A stretch of DNA of 64,000 nucleotides, taken from the NCBI GenBank assembly GCA_030390025.1, contig CM059432.1, positions 146,508,001 to 146,572,000 of the forward strand. The letters run 5' to 3'. The first letter of the stretch is position 1, and each line of letters starts with the position of its first letter. Shown here piece after piece: positions 24,590 to 36,722 of the stretch. The position numbers and the translations under genes are program-made. This stretch comes from Squalus acanthias (lineage: Eukaryota). The notes below the pieces were generated by a model. The model did not search any database, had not been told where the DNA came from, and worked only from the letters and a program-made list of their open reading frames with translations.

Positions 24590-26209
24590 CATCTGCTCGC
24601 AGAGAGAACAGGAAGACACAGAAGAGGAAGAAGCTGAATAGGAGGAGGAAGCCGAAGAGGAGGAAGCAGAAGGATGCATCCCAGACAGCCCATTTCTGGC
24701 CGGGATATCCAGGATGGAATCATCTGCCTGTAGTCCCAGTGACCACAACCCCAATTCCCCTTTCAACATTAGTCGCACAGCTTACCTTCCCTCTGTTACT
24801 GCACATCACAGCGTCCTCTTGGCCACGATGCTGAAATAAAAGCCACCACAAAGCAAACTTTCCAATCCAACTTTATTGATCTATCCATCCAATATGACAT
24901 CAAGAAATCAACTCATCACCCTTATGCATTCTCTTAGTGACTGTCTTGTGTGTGCCTTTGTCTATCCTAGTGATGTCACGCAGTGCTACCCCAGTGGCTG
25001 CAGCATGGCTGGTGGAAGGCTGTTGACTGTCAGTGGGGGACACTGCAAATGGCCTTGCTGGTCGAGCTTGAGGAGCTGGTGGCTGGGAGTGTCAAATCAA
25101 TTATCTTCTTCTTGTTCTTCTTCACTCTCCTCTCTCTCTTCTTGGTCAATCACTGGCTGGGCAGGCTGCATTTCTTGTGTGTGTGAAATGAGGAAGGCAC
25201 AAGGTTGGAGTTGTGGTGATGGGAGAGCTAGAAAGCATGAGGTGCATGCCAGAAGGAGGATAACGCATGAGGATACCAGCATCTTGTATCCTTTCAGCCC
25301 TGCCGCTGGCCAAGGGCTCATCCATGCCCCTGCCAAGAATGGCCTGCACCGTCTCCTCCAAGGGGGTGAGGTGAGGCTAGGAATGGGAGATGTGCCTCGT
25401 GATTGGTGAAGACTGTTGGTAGGTGAGTGATTGGCGGTTGTGCATTGAGCAGTGTGCGAGGCTAGTGGTGCAGTTGGTAGGAGACGGCTTTTGAAGATGC
25501 ATTCACTGACCTTGACCACTGGTCTGAGGTCATGAAGCTTCTTTGGGCACTGGAGCCAGGTGGTGGGAGCGACACTGCTGGCAGTGATGGCCTCGGTGAT
25601 GTGGTCCCACATCATTCTTTCTGGAGGGCCTCCTGGTCCCTGTGGGTAGAGGACCTGTCTTGCAATGTGGACCCCCTTCACAAAGCTGGAGTGCTGCGTG
25701 CGAGACCCTGGGTGCCCCGTCCCTGGCTTGCTGAGCCATTTGTGTTCGTGTTAGTGCTGAGGCAGCTTTCCCATTTTTTGAGGTTTGGAATGGAATTCAG
25801 CTTTAAGTGCTGAAGACTCCCATTTGAAACTTTTTAATGTTAACTTTTTTTTTAAAGGCAGAAATGGCTGAAAACTGCAGTTTCACTGGATTTTAATTTG
25901 TATTACTTCAGTGGGCAGGGGCCCTTTAACTCACTGGCCTTTTCATTGCCCACAAGTCCTAGTGAGCTCCACAGCCTTGCTTCCAGAGGCTGTGCGAAGC
26001 TCGAACGCCGCACCTGGACAGGAACTTCGGGTCGGATGCCTCCACTAACGTCACCAAGACAGCATTGCATGGGAGGTACGCGCTGTGCCACCAATCTCCA
26101 GCCCTCCAGACTAATTTTATCCCGTTAGCGTTGCGGCCATTTTCAGCGGCCGTTAACTCCAGTTGCTGGGAACGTCGGCAGCTTTCCTGGCGAACACGAA
26201 TTTCTTCCC
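24590..26209. mobile_element. Decayed Harbinger transposon (transposase C-terminus on +, Myb/SANT gene on -)
   Basis: Acidic C-terminal tract at 24600-24720. Minus-strand MAQQARDGAPRVS and TWLQCPKKLHDL..VK|GTCAGT. TIR-like end GAATTTCTTCCC followed by TAA. Confidence 0.72.
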
Positions 26210-26543
26210 TAACATGGTCTCTGTCTCAACCATTGCCTGTGGCAAAACATTCCATGTTTGGAAAACACTCTGGATGAAGACATTTCTCCTAAGCTCTCTC
26301 CTTACTTTCTTCCCGGTAATTTAAAATTGATTACCCTTCGTCATTCTGTGAAAATCTGTCCTAATTTTAAAACCCTCAGTTACATCTCCTCCTCGCCTTC
26401 TCTGCTCCAGTCAAAACAGTCCATGTTCCTCAAGTCTCTCCTCATAACCATAGATTCTCATCCTTGCTATCATTCTGAATGTTGACCAGGACATCGGGAG
26501 AACTCCTGTTCTCTAATAGCACAGGATCTTTAAGGTCCACCTA

Positions 26544-27265
26544 GACATAGACATAGACATAGAAGATAGGAGCAGGAGTAGGCCATTCGGCCCCTCGAGC
26601 CTGCTCCGCCATTCGATGAGATCATGGCTGATCATCCAAACTCAGTACCCTGTACCTGCCTTCTCCCCATATCCCTTGATACCTTTAGCTTTAAGAAATA
26701 TATCTAACTCATTCTTGAATATATTTAATGACTTGGCCTCAACTACCTTCTGTGGTAGAGAATTCCACAGGTTCACCACTCTCTGGGTGAAGAACTTCTT
26801 CCTCATTTCTGTCCTAAATGGCTTACCCCTTATCCTTAGATTATGACCCCTGGTTCTGGACTCTCCGACCATCGGGAACATTCTTCCTGCATCTAGTTTG
26901 TCCAGACCTGTCAGAATTTTATATGTTTCGATGAGATCCCCTCTCATTCTTCTATACTCCAGCGAGTATAAGCCCAACCCACCCAATCTCCCCTCATATG
27001 TCATTCCTGCCATCCCAGGTATCAGCCTTGTGAATCTTCGCTGAACTCCTTCCATGGCAAGAACATCCTTCCTCAGATAAGGCGACCAAAACTGCACACA
27101 GTACTCAAGGTGTGGTCTCACCAAGGCCCTGTACAACTGCAGCAGGACATCCCTGTTCCTATACTCAAACCCTTTCGCTATGAAGGCCAACATACCATTT
27201 GCCTTCTTCACCGCCTGCTGCACCTGCATGCTTACCTTCAGCGACTGGTGCACAAGGACACCTGA
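26544..27265 (-). mobile_element. CR1 3' fragment with open ORF2 C-terminus
   Basis: ORF 26642..27253 (LVRPHLEYCVQFW, TRGH) and (CTATGT)n tail. Confidence 0.9.
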
Positions 27266-27454
27266 ACAGGTGCACAGGATCTTGGTTTCGTGTGGGGGTA
27301 ATTTTCTGAGTTTGCACTGCTAGCAGCAAATCAGGAAATCGTGGACAGCGCACCCATGATTTTCTGATCCGTGCAGCCGATGGGCAAAGACCCCCACAGG
27401 CAAATTACTCCCGCTATCTCTTCTACTTGTTTCCAACAATTAAAGTATGCTGTG

Positions 27455-27705
27455 AACATAAGAACATAAGAACATAAGAAGTAAGAGCAGGAGTAGGCCA
27501 TTCGGCCCCTGGAGCCTGCTCCGCCATTCAATAAGATCATGGCTGATCATCGACCTCAACTCCACTTTCCCACCCAATCCCCATATCCCTTGATTCCCCC
27601 AGAGTCCAAAAATCTATCGACCTCAGCCTTGAATATATTCAAAGACTCAGCATTTTTAGCCCTCTGGGGCAGGGAATTCCAAAGATTCACAACCCTCTGA
27701 GTGAA
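27455..27705 (-). mobile_element. CR1 3' end
   Basis: (AACATAAG)n tail; 3' UTR homologous to 26570-26790. Confidence 0.82.
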
Positions 27706-28757
27706 GACTGTGAAGCTTGTGTAACCTGCATCTTCAAAACTTGGCCACTTAGTGCAGCAATGAATCTGAAATATCTGCAGTAAGAGACTGGGCCATAGGG
27801 GGCCCAGGATACTCTGCAGTCACAAGACTCCAAGGCTATTTGAGTCATGTTGCTCGTTAGGTTTCAAATTCATTTTGAAAAAAAAGTAATTTTATAAGTG
27901 CATTTGATAAACGTGAGATTATATCAGCACTGATAGATTTAATTAGTGCAAAGGTCTTTTCTAAACTCTGGGTTGTGATTCAATTACGAATATTTATTCT
28001 GACAGGATGCTGGCAGAGAACATGCTTGTATGACTGTGTCCCTGTTATTTGCCAAGTGGTTGATTTGATAGAAAACTGCAGCGGCCATCGGTTTAATCAA
28101 AAAAATAAAAATTGCAGGAGTACAATCATAAAAATTTGATTTAGGAATGAGTTGCCATTATTAAGTTGTTCACTGAAGCTTTCCGTTTGATAAAAAACAC
28201 TTTTCACAGTTTGCACAGTATTTTAATATTTTAATATTGGGAATGAACTGTGAATTCAAGATAGATGTGGGTACATCCCTTTTTTGGCATTAACTTGGCA
28301 TTGGCTGATATTAGAAATGCTTGGCCTGTTTTACCCAGTAATTTAAAAAAAAATTCTAATTGTGCCAATTCCATGAATTGATTGTGTTTGCTCATCCACT
28401 TAATGAAAAGGGTCGAAATCCTCTCCCCGTTGTTGAATGTGCATCGAAAGCAAACAGTCGCAGCTGGGATTGATCAATTCCAAGGACATGTATTGGCGAA
28501 GTCTTTGATTGCTTTGAAACTGGGCAATATTAGTTAAGATTTAGCGAGATGTCACCTTCGCATCCTTCACAAACTCTACTTGTAAATAGTTTTACACAAT
28601 ACCCGTTAACATCATACTGCACCAACGTAGCGGTCAAAACACATGAAGTTGGGGAAGCAGCCACTCTCCCCACCTGTTTGTATTTTTGGCATGCGGCCCA
28701 AAGCATTTTGGGGACCAGGCTGCTGACACCCTGCTGCTGCTGCTCGCTGACTCTCGA

Positions 28758-31700
28758 GGGCAGGAAATCGTCCAGCTCCCACGCTGAGACGGCTAGCAGG
28801 TCAGGCAGGGGGGAGGGGGGAGGTGGGATTGGGAGGAAATCATCCAGGGGAAGCCTCGATTAGGAGAGCAGCGAGCCGGATTTTTTTGCCGGATGCCCAG
28901 TTGGAGCACTCCCACTGTTGGGCCCACCACCGGAAAAAATTGAAAGTTTCCTTGGCCGTTTTGTGCGCGGCCTCCAGCGGTCCCTTTATGAACTGCTGGT
29001 TAGGCCGTTCAATGCCTTGTGCAACTCGACAGAGTGTGCATGGCACGAGCTCCACCCATTTGTATCTGAAAATTGCCGACTGGGTCCGACAACCAGCTCA
29101 GGATCCTGACTTGCATATTTAAGCAGTGTGGTGCCTGTGTTAGGTCAGCTGGCTGGTTGCCCAGTTACAGACCTGCCCGAAAATTGCATCAGTTAGGCGT
29201 TGGACATCAATGGGACAGCTGAGATTGAAGGGATAATTACAAGTCCTAGCCCTTTCGGACTACCCCAGATCAGGCGTATTCCCCAGACGTTTACCTTCAA
29301 CTAAAGTTAGCGGTAGCCGGATTCTATAAGACGCTTAATTGGGTCTAAAGGTCAGACTACCTCTCCCTAAAGGAAAGAAACGGTCTAAAGATGATACCGT
29401 CCTCCGGATAGTACTTTTAATAAGTTTAACTAGACTGTAACCTTCCGGATATTATGAGGGTCCGGAATACTCCCCAGAATTCTGCAACTCCTCACTGAAG
29501 AGTGTACAGAAATTGAGTTCGCGAGATTGATACAAAATACTCTGTGAGATTATTCTAAAAATATATAGATTTATTAAAGAACCGACATTTAGTTAACATC
29601 TGTTATGGCAATCGCAACTTTAACTGTTCAAAGTACAAATAGCTTACATAACTCAGTGTTTACTTGTTTTCTAGCTATCTCAATTGGTTGCATATTTAAT
29701 CGTGTTTCCAGTCTTATTTGATGTTATATTATGAAGGCTTATGGTTGTTTAATATTCTAAGTTTCTGTTTGCATCAGTGTTAGCTTTTGACACTTTAAAC
29801 TGGGTGATTCCATTGTGTTGGTTCCAATGTTCAGACATAGAGGAACCTCCAATGGTTTGCTTCAATAGGGCATTGTTTCTTGGTCAATATCCCATTCCCA
29901 TTTCAAAGCTTGTCTTCACAGCTTTGTGTTAACAAACCATCTTATCTCATAAGCCTATTTGTAGGATGGTGTATTTTTCTGAATCCTGGCTATTCCTTCA
30001 CAAGATGTTTCCTCCCCCGATTTTCAACTTGTGGCCGCCCATTTCTCAGTGTGTGACCACAGGCAGAGAATAATGCAGATATCCTGGCAGCAGTCATGAT
30101 GCCGTCATTCTGTGGCAATCCGCTCTGCCAGCTGCATGTGAGCCACCTCGGCAAACCAAAGGGTGCCCACTGGTCGACAAGGGCTATTCGCTGACGACAT
30201 GGCTGATGATTCCGGTGCGCAACCCACGCAAACGTGCGCAGCACGCATACAATGAAAGCCACGCTGCCACACGAAATGTGATCGAGCAGACCATGGGCGT
30301 GCTGAAACAACGCTTCCGCTGTCTGGACCATTCTGGAGGGACCCTGCAGTACTCGGCAGAGCAGGTAGCGAGATTCGTGGTGGTCTACTGCATGCTGGAC
30401 AACCTCGCCATCATGAGGGCACAGCCCTTGCCACCAGCTATACGGCGAGCAGCTGAGGAGCATGAGGAGGAGGAGAAGGAAGAAGAGGAAGAGGAAGGGT
30501 GGAGGCAACTTGGACAGCTCCTTTCTGCCCGGGCTGTCTGTGAAGAACTCATCCGAGTACGATACGAGTAACCATAACCCCAATTCCCCATTCACCAACA
30601 GTCCCACACCTTACCTTCCCTCTGTCAATGACCATCACAGTGTCAGCTTGGCCACAATGCAAAAATAAAAGCCACCACAAAATAAACATTCCAAACCAAA
30701 TTTATAAATCAAATCATGCCATTTTGCATACAAAAGTCAACTAATCACCCTTGTGCATTCCCTTCGTGCCTGTCTCCCGCGTGCCTTTGCCTGTCCTAGT
30801 GGTCCTACATAGTGGCTGCAGCATGGCTGGTGGAAGGCTGCTGACTTTCAGTAGGGGAGACAGCAGATGGCCTTGGAAGACGACCTCTGTGTCTAGCAGG
30901 CCCCGCTGTGGACTGCTCCACCTCAGCATGGCCGGCAGCAGTCTGGGCTGGCTGGCTGACAGGCAACAGCAAGGGCACCGGCGGAATGGCAGGGCTGGGA
31001 GGATGAATGTTGTCACCCTGAGAGAGGACAGCAGGTTTGTGCTCCATGGAGCCACTGTCACTCCCCCGGGGCGGCGTCTCAGCAACATAGTAATCTATTG
31101 GAAGATAGATTGCTGGACTGCTGTGACACCTGCAAACCCCTTTGAACAGTGTAATCCACAGCCATGATGAGAGCAGTCTGAGCTTCCACTGCAGCACTCA
31201 GACGTTGGGTGGCTGCTGCTTGTGCTGCAATGGAAGCTGATACATCGGCTATCAGATGCTGCGTGATGGTTGGGTCCAGAGGTGTGTTGATGGAGTTGGC
31301 CACCACTTCCACGCTGGAAAGGCTGGGCTCCAAGCTCTGCGCAAAGCCCTGTGCCAAGACGGCGCCGGACTCCTCCATGCTCCTTGACATTGACCGCAGG
31401 CTTTCTGACAGGCTTCCCAATGCACCAAGCATTCCGTTGCGCATACCCATCAGTATCCTTCTGTAGGCTGCCTCATCAAAGTCCTCACCTGAGTCCTCTA
31501 GCGGAACCCGTGTGCCTCCTCGCCCTCCGGCGAGCTGGCACCTGCGCTATCCTTGCCCCCTGCCCTGGCTGCAACCCACTCGTGCCCGGTGTCTCACCAT
31601 GTGCAGATCCTGCCTCTAAACTATCCTCTGAGATATGCGCAGTTTCAATATCTGAGCTGGTGGCTGCGAGTGTGAAATCAAGTGATGGTGCTGTGTCTTT

Positions 31701-31900
31701 ATCATCACTCTTTTCTTGGTGTTCCTCCACTGCCTGGACAGGTTGCACCTCTTGGGTATCTGAAAGGAAAAAGGCACAAGAGTAAGGTTGTGGTGCGGGG
31801 CAGGGGGAAAGTAAGAGGTGCATGCTTACACCATCTTCAGTTTGTAAATCAGAAGAGCGTGATGGGGGGAAGTGGGATGTGAGAAGGAGGATTAGGTATG
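28758..31900. mobile_element. Decayed Harbinger transposon: transposase C-terminal half on + (about 30010-30571) and Myb-gene C-terminal exons on - (about 30740-31760)
   Basis: ORF 30206..30571 (YNESHAATRNVIEQTMGVLKQRFRCLD, acidic tail). ORFs 31079..31450 and 31485..31823 resemble the Myb partner tail. Convergent gene layout. Confidence 0.8.
29220..29949 (-). mobile_element. Probable solo LTR (about 730 bp)
   Basis: TGAGAT...ATCTCA inverted ends and minus-strand AATAAA near 29572. It interrupts a Harbinger remnant. The TSD is imperfect (ACAGC / TAAGC). Confidence 0.45.
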
Positions 31901-31902
31901 AG

Positions 31903-32375
31903 GAAATAAAAACAGAAAATGCTGGAAATACTCAGCAGGTCAGGCAGCATCTGTGGAGAGGGAAACAAAGTTAACATTTCAGGTCGATGACCTTTCATCA
32001 GAACTGGAAAAAGTTAGAGATGTAACAGGTTTTAAGCAAGTACAGAGTCAGGGAAAGGGGGCAAGGGAGGAAAGAACAAAAGGGAAGGGCTGTGATAGGG
32101 TGGCAGGCTGGAGAGATTAAATGACAAAGGGGATTATGCTGCAAAGTAAAAGGAGATGGTAATGGGACAAGTAAAGAAATAAAAGAATGGGTCTAGAGGA
32201 GGTGTAACTGGGAATCGTAGAATCATTACCAACAGCTGCTGTCAGAAAATTGGGGGCAGTGGTTATGATCTGAAATTGTTGAACTCAGTATGGAGTCGGG
32301 AAGGCTGTAAAGTGCCAATCGAAAGATGAGGTGCTGTTCCTCGAGCTTACGTTGAGCATCATTGGAACAGTGTAC
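31903..32375 (-). mobile_element. Penelope-like 3' fragment/pLTR (same family as 17214-17760) with hammerhead motif at about 31968-32006
   Basis: Closely similar to 17214-17672. Minus strand CAGTT-CTGATGA-A-AGGTC-ATC-GACCT-GAAA-TGTT-AAC. Confidence 0.82.
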
Positions 32376-32859
32376 AGTAATGCCAACTCTCACGAATTAA
32401 TCGCAAGACACGCGATTTCTAATGAAAATTTACCTCAACTCGCAATCTTGTGAAAAGTCATGATTTTTTTCCTACTTTATTAATCTTCATTACGCCTCCT
32501 GGTGATTGGCTGCTCTGGGACACCTGGGTTTGGTCAAGCCAATCAGCTGTAAGATTTTTGATTCTTACAGTTAATTGGCAGTTAATTGACAGCAGAGGGA
32601 ACCAATCACAAAGCGAAGTGATGGGGAGCAGCCAATGAAAGAGCAAGGAAGGCAGTGCCATGGCCGCCGTTTTGTGAATCATGGGCGGTTGGAGTCGGGC
32701 CACGGCTCTGCATTTCTCGCTTCCCTGGGCCGAACTGTGTTGTGACAGTCCTGTGCACAGCGAGGATGGTGAAGCTCTTTGTAGGGAAGCTGCCCCGGAG
32801 GTGCAGTGGGATGAGGTCCAGCCGTTGTTTGAGCAGTTCAACAGAGTCAGCGAGTGCAA

Positions 32860-33665
32860 TCTGGTGAGGGTGAGACTTGGGTGGGGGGAGGAGAGATAGT
32901 GGAGAGTGACAGGGAGATGGGGTACAGTGAGAGGAATGGGAGGAAGATGGAGGTAGCGAGAGAGAGATTGGGAAGAGTAACAGGGAGAAAGAGGTGGAGG
33001 CACAGAGAGATCAGAGAGATGGTGGTACAGAGAGAGAGATGAGGAAGAGTGACAGGGAGAGAGAGGAATGGGGGTACAAAGAGAGAAATGGGAGAGAGAG
33101 AAAGAGATGGAGGTACAGAGAGGGGAATGGGAGAGAGAGATGGGATACAGAGAGAGGAATGCGAGAGATAGAGAGAGATGGGGCTATAGAGAGAGAGAGA
33201 GGACGAGATGCAGGGGAGGGAGAAAGTGATCGAGATCAGTGGAGGGGGAGGGAGAGGGATGGAGATGCAAAAGGAAGAGATTGATGCGCCCGGGGGAGAG
33301 GAGTGTGGGAGAGATTGGGGGAGGAAGAAAGAAAGGTCGGACAGGTAGAGAGAGGAGTAGACAGTGAGGGCAAGAGATAGTGAGAAAAGAGGAAGGGCGG
33401 AGACAGAAATGAGAAAAACTGAGAGGTAGTGGGAAAAAGACAGAGCGAGACAGGGGAGAGTGATTGACGGAGAGATGTGAGGGAGAGAGAATGGAAGGAG
33501 GGGGCAGAAGAGAGAAACCGGTGGGGTTGGGAAGCGAGACCAGAGGCAAGGGGGAGAAAGCAAAGGGAGAGAGACAAAGGGGTGGGGTGGGGGAGGGGAG
33601 AGAAGAGAAGAAGAAAGGAGGAGACCGATAGATGGGGGGACAGGAAAGAGGAGGGCAGTGAGGAG
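32860..33665. repeat. About 800-bp purine-rich (GA) low-complexity tract
   Basis: Dominated by GAGAGA, GGAG and GGGA units, with very few pyrimidines on +. Confidence 0.9.
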
Positions 33666-34407
33666 GGTGTTCGAGCTTTTAGGCTGCACCAGATGGTTTC
33701 CTTGAGTCCAGTGACAAAATCATTCCTGTAGGTGAGCCCACACGCCCAGTTAACTGAAGTGACTTTATACGCAATATCTGGTAATGTAGCATTGCCCAGT
33801 GTCAATCAGAACACTCTTGTTGTAACTTGCTGATTGAATATTGCAGCAGCCCTCCCATATATTTGAATAATGGAAGAATAATCCAGTGGTTCTCAAACTG
33901 GGGTCCGTGTAGACAGGCTGGTAAACAGCAGGAGAGGGGGGGGGGGGGATCCCTGAAACACTCAGTGGCTGTGCAGTGAGTAGGTGGGCGGTGGAGGGCT
34001 ACACCTGAAGCGGTGCCAGTGTTCCCAACAGGAGCCACCGAGCCTAATCCCACTCCAGGAGGAGCAGGGAGGTGTGGTGCGGTGCGGTGAAGTATTCAAC
34101 AGGCGTATTGCTGAACCTGTCGGGTTACCTTTCAGCTGAAGGGAAGATACAAGTTTTCACATCACCGATCGTATCAATGTTGACTGGGGGTGATCGCGGC
34201 TCCAGTCTCCATGGGAAGGTGTTTTTGAATTTTTTCCCCCAAATCTTACCTTTGGTTGGCAGCTGCAGGGATCGCAATGTATGGTGGTTGTGTTGGGCAC
34301 CAGGTTAAGGTGGTGATAATGGGTAGGATTTTTAAAAAGTTTTTTGTAAAGTATTTTCAGAGGCTATAATATAGTTTTGTAAAGAGCTGTGACCAGTTAG
34401 AGACTGA

Positions 34408-35298
34408 AGGGGAAAAATTCAGTTGGTTACACCTCCCGTTAGCGCCTTAAGAGGGCGCTAATGGGGCACAAAGCAACTAGCGCCCAGGCGCGGCGATGTT
34501 TGCGCCGCTCGTGAAATTAACTAGACATTTTGCGGCGCGCTAAACACTACCGCCACCATCTCCTGCGCCGGCAGATCGTGACGTCAGTCGAGTGCGCAAC
34601 GCCCTGGTAGCGTCCCGGAGCGGATATTGAGTGGCGCCCCCTGCCTTACCGCCTGACGCTAGCAATGACAGGTTGAGGGGAGCGTTTTGCAGTCAGGAAG
34701 GGACTGGGGGAGCGCTATTTAAAGGCGACCACTTCCTGCCTTTTATTGTTGGTGACAGTTTTGCACCACGCATTCTGAGAGAGAGAGAGAGAGACATCTG
34801 GAGAGCTTCAACGCTGTGTGAAGGAGTTTTGGGTACTGAGCAGCACTTTGCAGGTTCATTTTGATTTGCCCTTCCTTGCATCTATTTAGAAGAGACTGTG
34901 GGGGCTGCACTCTGAGCTCTTTCCCTGGTCTCTCCATTGTTCTTTCCAGCAGATTTGATGTACAGGTCTCTCCAGGCCGAGATTCAAGGCTGCAATGAGC
35001 AGAATGTGGATGGAGAGCAAGATTAACCCTCCCCTTTAAGAACTGGCCGGCCCCAGTGTGTCTGTGTTCCATTGCTGACTGACATCACATGAGCTTCGCC
35101 AGCGCTCTGAGGTAACGCCTCGCTCCTCGGCCTTTGCGCCTTAAGACAGGTGTGAAGCACCTGATTTAGCGCTCCAATCACCTTCAGGGGCGATAAAAGT
35201 CAAGTTTGCAGTCGGAGGCGATAATTAGCGCCAGGCGCTAATTTTTGCGCCCGGCCGATAATTGTGCCCCAAATGGGGCGATACCAAATTTTTCCCCC
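34408..35298. mobile_element. Harbinger-type MITE, family A copy 2 (inverted relative to 2178-3066)
   Basis: Reverse complement of copy 1 along its length; ORF 34743..35072 (-) matches 2404..2754 (+). Flanks TGA/TAA. Confidence 0.92.
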
Positions 35299-35489
35299 TA
35301 AATAAAGCCACTAATGAGGTTTACAAACCCAAAAATAGCAACTCGTGCTTTTTAAGAGTTTGTCTCATGATTTATGAAATGGTGAGGTTGGCATTACTGA
35401 GTGTAGGAGGCCGAGGACAGAGTGGGAATGGGGCAGAGAATTAAAATGACAGGAGACCGGAAGCTCGGGGTCCAAACACCATCACCACC

Positions 35490-35662
35490 AAACAGGTAAT
35501 AACTGGTCATTCATCTCATTGCTGTTTGTGTGATTTTACACAAATTGGATGCTGCATATGCGTACAACATAATAGTGACTACACTGCAAAAATAATTCAT
35601 TGGTTGTAAAGTACTTTGGCACATCCTAGGGGTACGAAAGATGTTGTATAAATGCAAGTAAT
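35490..35662 (+). mobile_element. Old SINE 3' half (family of 18976)
   Basis: CTGGTCATT..CATTGCTGTTTGTG and TATAAATGCAAGT. Confidence 0.65.
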
Positions 35663-36129
35663 TTTTGATTCTTTACTGGAAGTCTTATAAAGAGAGTGGG
35701 ATATATTTTCCAATCAGCACCACTTGCAGTGGCTGCACAGAACTTCTAATGGAGAATGCAAAATCAAGAGAATTGGATTGCTGGGTCTCCACCCATAATG
35801 TTCTGTGCTGCATTTAAAGGGAGATCGGTGATTTGGAACAGCTGTAAGTTGAATCAGCAGTTTAGATGAAGATATTTTGCTTCTGCTTATTTTTGCAAGA
35901 TTCTTTTCTCAAGTAATTTTTGCAGGTTTTGGGCCCAGAGTTTTGTCTCAGAAATTTTAGTTGCTGCAGTAATTAATGTGCATTTTGTGCATTGCTCTGG
36001 AGTTTCCTCATTTATCTGTTGTTTGGAGGGATGACAGCTGCCAGGCAAGTACAATTGAGATGGAACTGCAGCAACTGCCATTATCCATGGTCTGGCAGTA
36101 GCACATCGGAGGGAGATTGTTTTCACAGG

Positions 36130-36722
36130 CTTCACTTCACTTGAGAGGAAGTGTCAAAGTTGTGTCACGCGTTGGAAAGTGACTGCCTCCAACACAGGAA
36201 CAGCTGTGCCAATGGCTCTCAAGTTTACCACAGCCCTGAACATTTATACCCCTGGCTTATTCCAAGCTGCCACATGGGGCATCAGCAACATGAGTCAATC
36301 TGCAGCACACAGAGGTATCAGGCAGGAGACTGATGCATTGTTTGTCAGAGTGAGTAATTTTCATCACTTTATCCATGGATAACCACCAGCAGAATGATAG
36401 GGTACTGCATTTGTTTTGTATGGCAAGATTCTCCAAATTACAGGGTGTCACTGACAGCACCAGTGCCACTCTGTTGACTCCTGCCTTCATGAGCACAAGT
36501 GATTCCATTCCACCAACTTGCAGGCCATCTGCGACTTCAAACTAGATGCATGCAAATGAAAGATTGCCTCCCAATCAGCAGCCATGATGCCTTCATTTTA
36601 AGGGAGTCGAGAGTGTCAACATTATTTGAGGCACAGCGAAGAGCGTAAGGCTGGTTCCTCTTGAGTCCTGCCTGATGACATCTCTAAGCCAGCCACAAAT
36701 AGCAGCAGAGGACAGATACAAT
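36130..36722 (+). pseudogene. Decayed Harbinger transposase fragment
   Basis: ORF 36179..36382 AVPMALKFTTALNIYTPGLFQ..SQSAAHRGIRQETDALF aligns with ALPVAVKVSTALNF..SQSAAHKCTRRVTDELF in ORF 47398..48129. Confidence 0.75.

Noticed and set aside
32847..33805. Long Ser/Leu/Pro-rich and Arg/Glu-rich ORFs (up to 280 aa)
   Set aside because: They are by-products of the GA low-complexity tract and show no domain or splice signature.
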